Shown one piece after another: positions 59,330 to 64,000 of a stretch of DNA of 64,000 nucleotides. Every line of letters starts with the position of its first letter. Within the stretch, counting starts at the first letter, position 1. The position numbers were made by a program, and so were the translations under genes. This DNA is from the human T2T-CHM13v2.0 reference genome, Homo sapiens. The stretch lies in the NCBI RefSeq assembly GCF_009914755.1, contig NC_060925.1, one strand, 5' to 3'. The notes beneath the pieces were generated by a model. That model ran no database searches. It was not told the DNA's origin and worked only from the letters and a program-made list of their open reading frames with translations.

Positions 59330-62300
59330 ATGGAATCGTCATCGAATGAATTGAATGCAATCATCGAATGGTCTCGAATGGAATCATCTTCTAATGGAAA
59401 GGAATGGAATCATCGCATAGAATCGAATGGAATTATCATCGAATGGAATCGAATGGTATCAACACCAAACGGAAAAAAACGGAATTATCGAATGGAATCG
59501 AAGAGAATCTTCGAACGGACCCGAATGGAATCATCTAATGGAATGGAATGGAATAATCCATGGACTCGAATGCAATCATCATCGAATGGAATCGAATGGA
59601 ATCATCGAATGGACTCGAATGGAATAATCATTGAACGGAATCGAATGGAATCATCATCGGATGGAAACGAATGGAATCATCATCGAATGGAAATGAAAGG
59701 AGTCATCATCTAATGGAATTGCATGGAATCATCATAAAATGGAATCGAATGGAATCAACATCAAATGGAATCAAATGGAATCATTGAACGGAATTGAATG
59801 GAATCGTCATCGAATGAATTGACTGCAATCATCGAATGGTCTCGAATGGAATCATCTTCAAATGGAATGGAATGGAATCATCGCATAGAATCGAATGGAA
59901 TTATCATCGAATGGAATCGAATGGAATCAACATCAAACGGAAAAAAACAGAATTATCGTATGGAATCGAAGAGAATCATCGAAGGGACCCGAATGGAATC
60001 ATCTAATGGAATGGAATGGAATAATCCATGGACTCGAATGCAATCATCATCGAATGGAATCGAATGGAATCATCGAATGGACTCGAATGGAATAATCATT
60101 GAACGGAATCGAATGGAATCATCATCGGATGGAAATGAATGGAATCATCATCGAATGGAATCGAATAGAATTATGGAATGAAATCCAGTGTGATCATCAT
60201 CGAATGGACCCGAATGGAATCATCATCCAACGGAAGCTAATGGAATCAACATCGAATGAATCGAATGGAAACACCATCGAATTGAAACGAATGGAATTAT
60301 CATGAAATTGAAATGGATGGACTCATCATCGAATGGATTCGAATGGAATCATCGAATAAAATTGATTGAAATCATCATCCAATGGAATCGAATGGTATCA
60401 TTGAATGGAATCGAATGGAATCATCATCAGATGGAAATGAATGGAATCGTCATAGAATGGAATCGAATGGATTCATTGAATGGAATCAGATGGAATCATC
60501 GAATGGACTGGAATGGAATCATTGAATGGACTCGAAAGGGATCATTATTGAATGGAATTGAATGGAATCATCGAATGGTCTCGATTGGAATCATTATCAA
60601 ATGGAATCGAATGGAATCACCGAACAGAATCGAATGGAACAATCATCGAATGGACTCAAATGGAATTATCCTCAAATGGAATCGAATGGAATTATCGAAT
60701 GCAATCGAATGGAATTATCGAATGCAATCGAATAGAATCATCGAATGGACTCGAATGGAATCATCGAATGGAATGGAATGGAACAGTCAATGAACTCGAA
60801 TGGAATCATCATTGAAAGGAATCGAATGGAATCATCGAGTGGAATCGAATGGAATTATGATCAAATGGAATCGAATGTAATCATCATCAAATGGAATCAA
60901 AAATAACCATCATCAATTGGTATTGAATGGAATTGTCATCAAATGGAATTCAAAGGAATCATCATCAAATGGAACCGAATGGAATCCTCATTGAATGGAA
61001 ATGAAAGGGGTCATCATCTAATGGAATCGCATGGAATCATCATCAAATGGAATCGAATGGAATCATCATCAAATGGTATCTAATGGAATCATTGAACAGA
61101 ATTGAATGGAATCGTCATCGAATGAATTGAATGCAATCATCGAATGGTCTCGAATGGAATCATCTTCTAATGGAAAGGAATGGAATCATCGCATAGAATC
61201 GAATGGAATTATCATCGAATGGAATCGAATGGTATCAACACCAAACGGAAAAAAACGGAATTATCGAATGGAATCGAAGAGAATCTTCGAACGGACCCGA
61301 ATGGAATCATCTAATGGAATGGAATGGAATAATCCATGGACTCGAATGCAATCATCATCGAATGGAATCGAATGGAATCATCGAATGGACTCGAATGGAA
61401 TAATCATTGAACGGAATCGAATGGAATCATCATCGGATGGAAACGAATGGAATCATCATCGAATGGAAATGAAAGGAGTCATCATCTAATGGAATTGCAT
61501 GGAATCATCATAAAATGGAATCGAATGGAATCAACATCAAATGGAATCAAATGGAATCATTGAACGGAATTGAATGGAATCGTCATCGAATGAATTGACT
61601 GCAATCATCGAATGGTCTCGAATGGAATCATCTTCAAATGGAATGGAATGGAATCATCGCATAGAATCGAATGGAATTATCATCGAATGGAATCGAATGG
61701 AATCAACATCAAACGGAAAAAAACGGAATTATCGAATGGAATCGAAGAGAATCATCGAATGGACCCGAATGGAATCATCTAATGGAATGGAATGGAATAA
61801 TCCATGGACTCGAATGCAATCATCATCGAATGGAATCGAATGGAATCATCGAATGGACTCGAATGGAATAATCATTGAACGGAATCGAATGGAATCATCA
61901 TCGGATGGAAATGAATGGAATCATCATCGAATGGAATCGAATAGAATTATGGAATGAAATCCAGCGTGATCATCATCGAATGGACCCGAATGGAATCATC
62001 ATCCAACGGAAGCTAATGGAATCAACATCGAATGAATCGAATGGAAACACCATCGAATTGAAACGAATGGAATTATAATGAAATTGAAATGGATGGACTC
62101 ATCATCGAATGGATTCGAATGGAATCATCGAATAAAATTGATTGAAATCATCATCCAATGGAATCGAATGGTATCATTGAATGGAATGGAATGGAATCAT
62201 CATCAGATGGAAATGAATGGAATCGTCATAGAATGGAATCGAATGGATTCATTGAATGGAATCAGATGGAATCATCGAATGGACTGGAATGGAATCATTG

Positions 62301-64000
62301 AATGGACTCGAAAGGGATCATGATTGAATGGAATTGAATGGAATCATCGAATGGTCTCGATTGGAATCATTATCAAATGGAATCGAATGGAATCACCGAA
62401 TAGAATCGAATGGAACAATCATCGAATAGACTCAAATGGAATTATCCTCCAATGGAATCGAATGGAATTATCGAATGCAATCGAATGGAATTATCGAATG
62501 CAATCGAATAGAATCATCGAATGGACTCGAATGGAATCATCGAATGGAATGGAATGGAACAGTCAATGAACTCGAATGGAATCATCATTGAATGGAATCG
62601 AATGGAATCATCGAGTGGAATCGAATGGAATTATGATCAAATGGAATCGAATGTAATCATCATCAAATGGAATCAAAAATAACCATCATCAATTGGTATT
62701 GAATGGAATTGTCATCAAATGGAATTCAAAGGAATCATCATCAAATGGAACCGAATGGAATCCTCATTGAATGGAAATGAAAGGGGTCATCATCTAATGG
62801 AATCGCATGGAATCATCATCAAATGGAATCGAATGGAATCATCATCAAATGGAATCTAATGGAATCATTGAACAGAATTGAATGGAATCGTCATCGAATG
62901 AATTGAATGCAATCATCGAATGGTCTCGAATGGAATCATCTTCTAATGGAAAGGAATGGAATCATCGCATAGAATCGAATGGAATTATCATCGAATGGAA
63001 TCGAATGGTATCAACACCAAACGGAAAAAAACGGAATTATCGAATGGAATCGAAGAGAATCTTCGAACGGACCCGAATGGAATCATCTAATGGAATGGAA
63101 TGGAATAATCCATGGACTCGAATGCAATCATCATCAAATGGAATCGAATGGAATCATCGAATGGACTTGAATGGAATAATCATTGAACGGAATCGATTGG
63201 AATCATCATCGGATGGAAACGAATGGAATCATCATCGAATGGAAATGAAAGGAGTCATCATCTAATGGAATTGCATGGAATCATCATAAAATGGAATCGA
63301 ATGGAATCAACATCAAATGGAATCAAATGGAATCATTGAACGGAATTGAATGGAATCGTCATCGAATGAATTGACTGCAATCATCCAATGGTCTCGAATG
63401 GAATCATCTTCAAGTGGAATGGAATGGAATCATCGCATAGAATCGAATGGAATTATCATCGAATGGAATCGAATGGAATCAACATCCAACGGAAAAAAAC
63501 GGAATTATCGAATGGAATCGAAGAGAATCATCGAATGGACCCGAATGGAATCATCTAATGGAATGGAATGGAATAATCCATGGACTCGAATGCAATCATC
63601 ATCGAATGGAATCGAATGGAATCATCGAATGGACTCGAATGGAATAATCATTGAACGGAATCGAATGGAATCATCATCGGATGGAAATGAATGGAATCAT
63701 CATCGAATGGAATCGAATAGAATTATGGAATGAAATCCAGTGTGATCATCATCGAATGGACCCGAATGGAATCATCATCCAACGGAAGCTAATGGAATCA
63801 ACATCGAATGAATCAAATGGAAACACCATCGAATTGAAACGAATGGAATTATCATGAAATTGAAATGGATGGACTCATCATCGAATGGATTCGAATGGAA
63901 TCATCGAATAAAGTTGATTGAAATCATCATCGAATGGAATCGAATGGTATCATTGAATGGAATCGAATGGAATCATCATCAGATGGAAATGAATGGAATC
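59330..64000 (+). repeat. Homogeneous run of canonical 1776 bp type I units
   Basis: Starts at 59330/61106/62882 and 60302/62078 are exactly 1776 apart and close to the sequence of the 1-3400 units. Confidence 0.9.

Larger units (their letters stand above)
1..64000 (+). repeat. Human satellite 2 (HSat2/HSATII) array, diverged (CATTC)n-derived, CpG/TCGA-rich; probably HSat2A of the 1q12 type
   Basis: Continuous GAATG/GGAATC pentamer derivatives interleaved with ATCATCGAATGG and GACTCGAATGG. The reverse complement gives CATTCGATTC/TTCGATGATG, the HSat2 signature; HSat3 would be purer CATTC runs. No non-satellite sequence seen. Confidence 0.97.

Noticed and set aside
41-63857. Hundreds of + strand ORFs of 60-176 aa (MESSSN..., MKLKWMDSSS..., MELSSNGIEW...)
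   Set aside because: They are the expected translation of GAATG-type repeats (NGIEWNRME motifs). They overlap in several frames and are freely broken by frameshifts and stops between copies. There is no domain, promoter or splice evidence.
1-64000. All ORFs on one strand, suggesting an operon or coding bias
   Set aside because: Explained by composition: the + strand is ATG-rich, while ATCATC reads as GATGAT on the - strand and gives frequent TGA stops.
1-64000. CRISPR-like repeat-spacer array
   Set aside because: There are no unique spacers or cas genes; all intervening sequence is itself satellite.
1-64000. Inversion or embedded transposon/unique insert
   Set aside because: No switch to CATTC on the + strand and no Alu, L1, poly(A) tail or non-satellite tract seen by eye; a very short insert could have been missed.
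1-64000. HSat3 (for example DYZ1 or chr9) or alpha satellite identity
   Set aside because: Pure GGAAT runs are only about three copies long, and there is no 171 bp monomer or 3.6 kb period; the motifs and 1.78 kb period fit HSat2.

Overview
The whole 64 kb window is one uninterrupted, single-orientation array of human classical satellite 2 (HSat2/HSATII). The + strand is the purine-rich (GAATG/GGAAT, ATCGAATGG, ATCATCGAATGG) strand. The dominant unit is about 1776 bp with one conserved EcoRI site, which fits the 1.77 kb chromosome 1q12 satellite (D1Z1/pUC1.77, HSat2A type); this chromosome assignment is inferred, not verified. Each unit is a 468 bp subunit A plus a 1308 bp segment that starts with an A-related subunit B. 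I found no credible gene, transposon or unique sequence, and all listed ORFs are translation artefacts of the repeat. I found no new biological system. The notable signal is array architecture: a near-perfect 3x2254 bp higher-order repeat, a diverged central domain (about 15.3-50 kb) with nested 11.3, 6.7 and 5.5 kb duplications, 1-4 copies of the 468 bp subunit per unit, shared deletion junctions far apart, and conversion-like mosaics. Spacings come from ORF-track start coordinates used as positional markers. Breakpoints were read by eye and are approximate.
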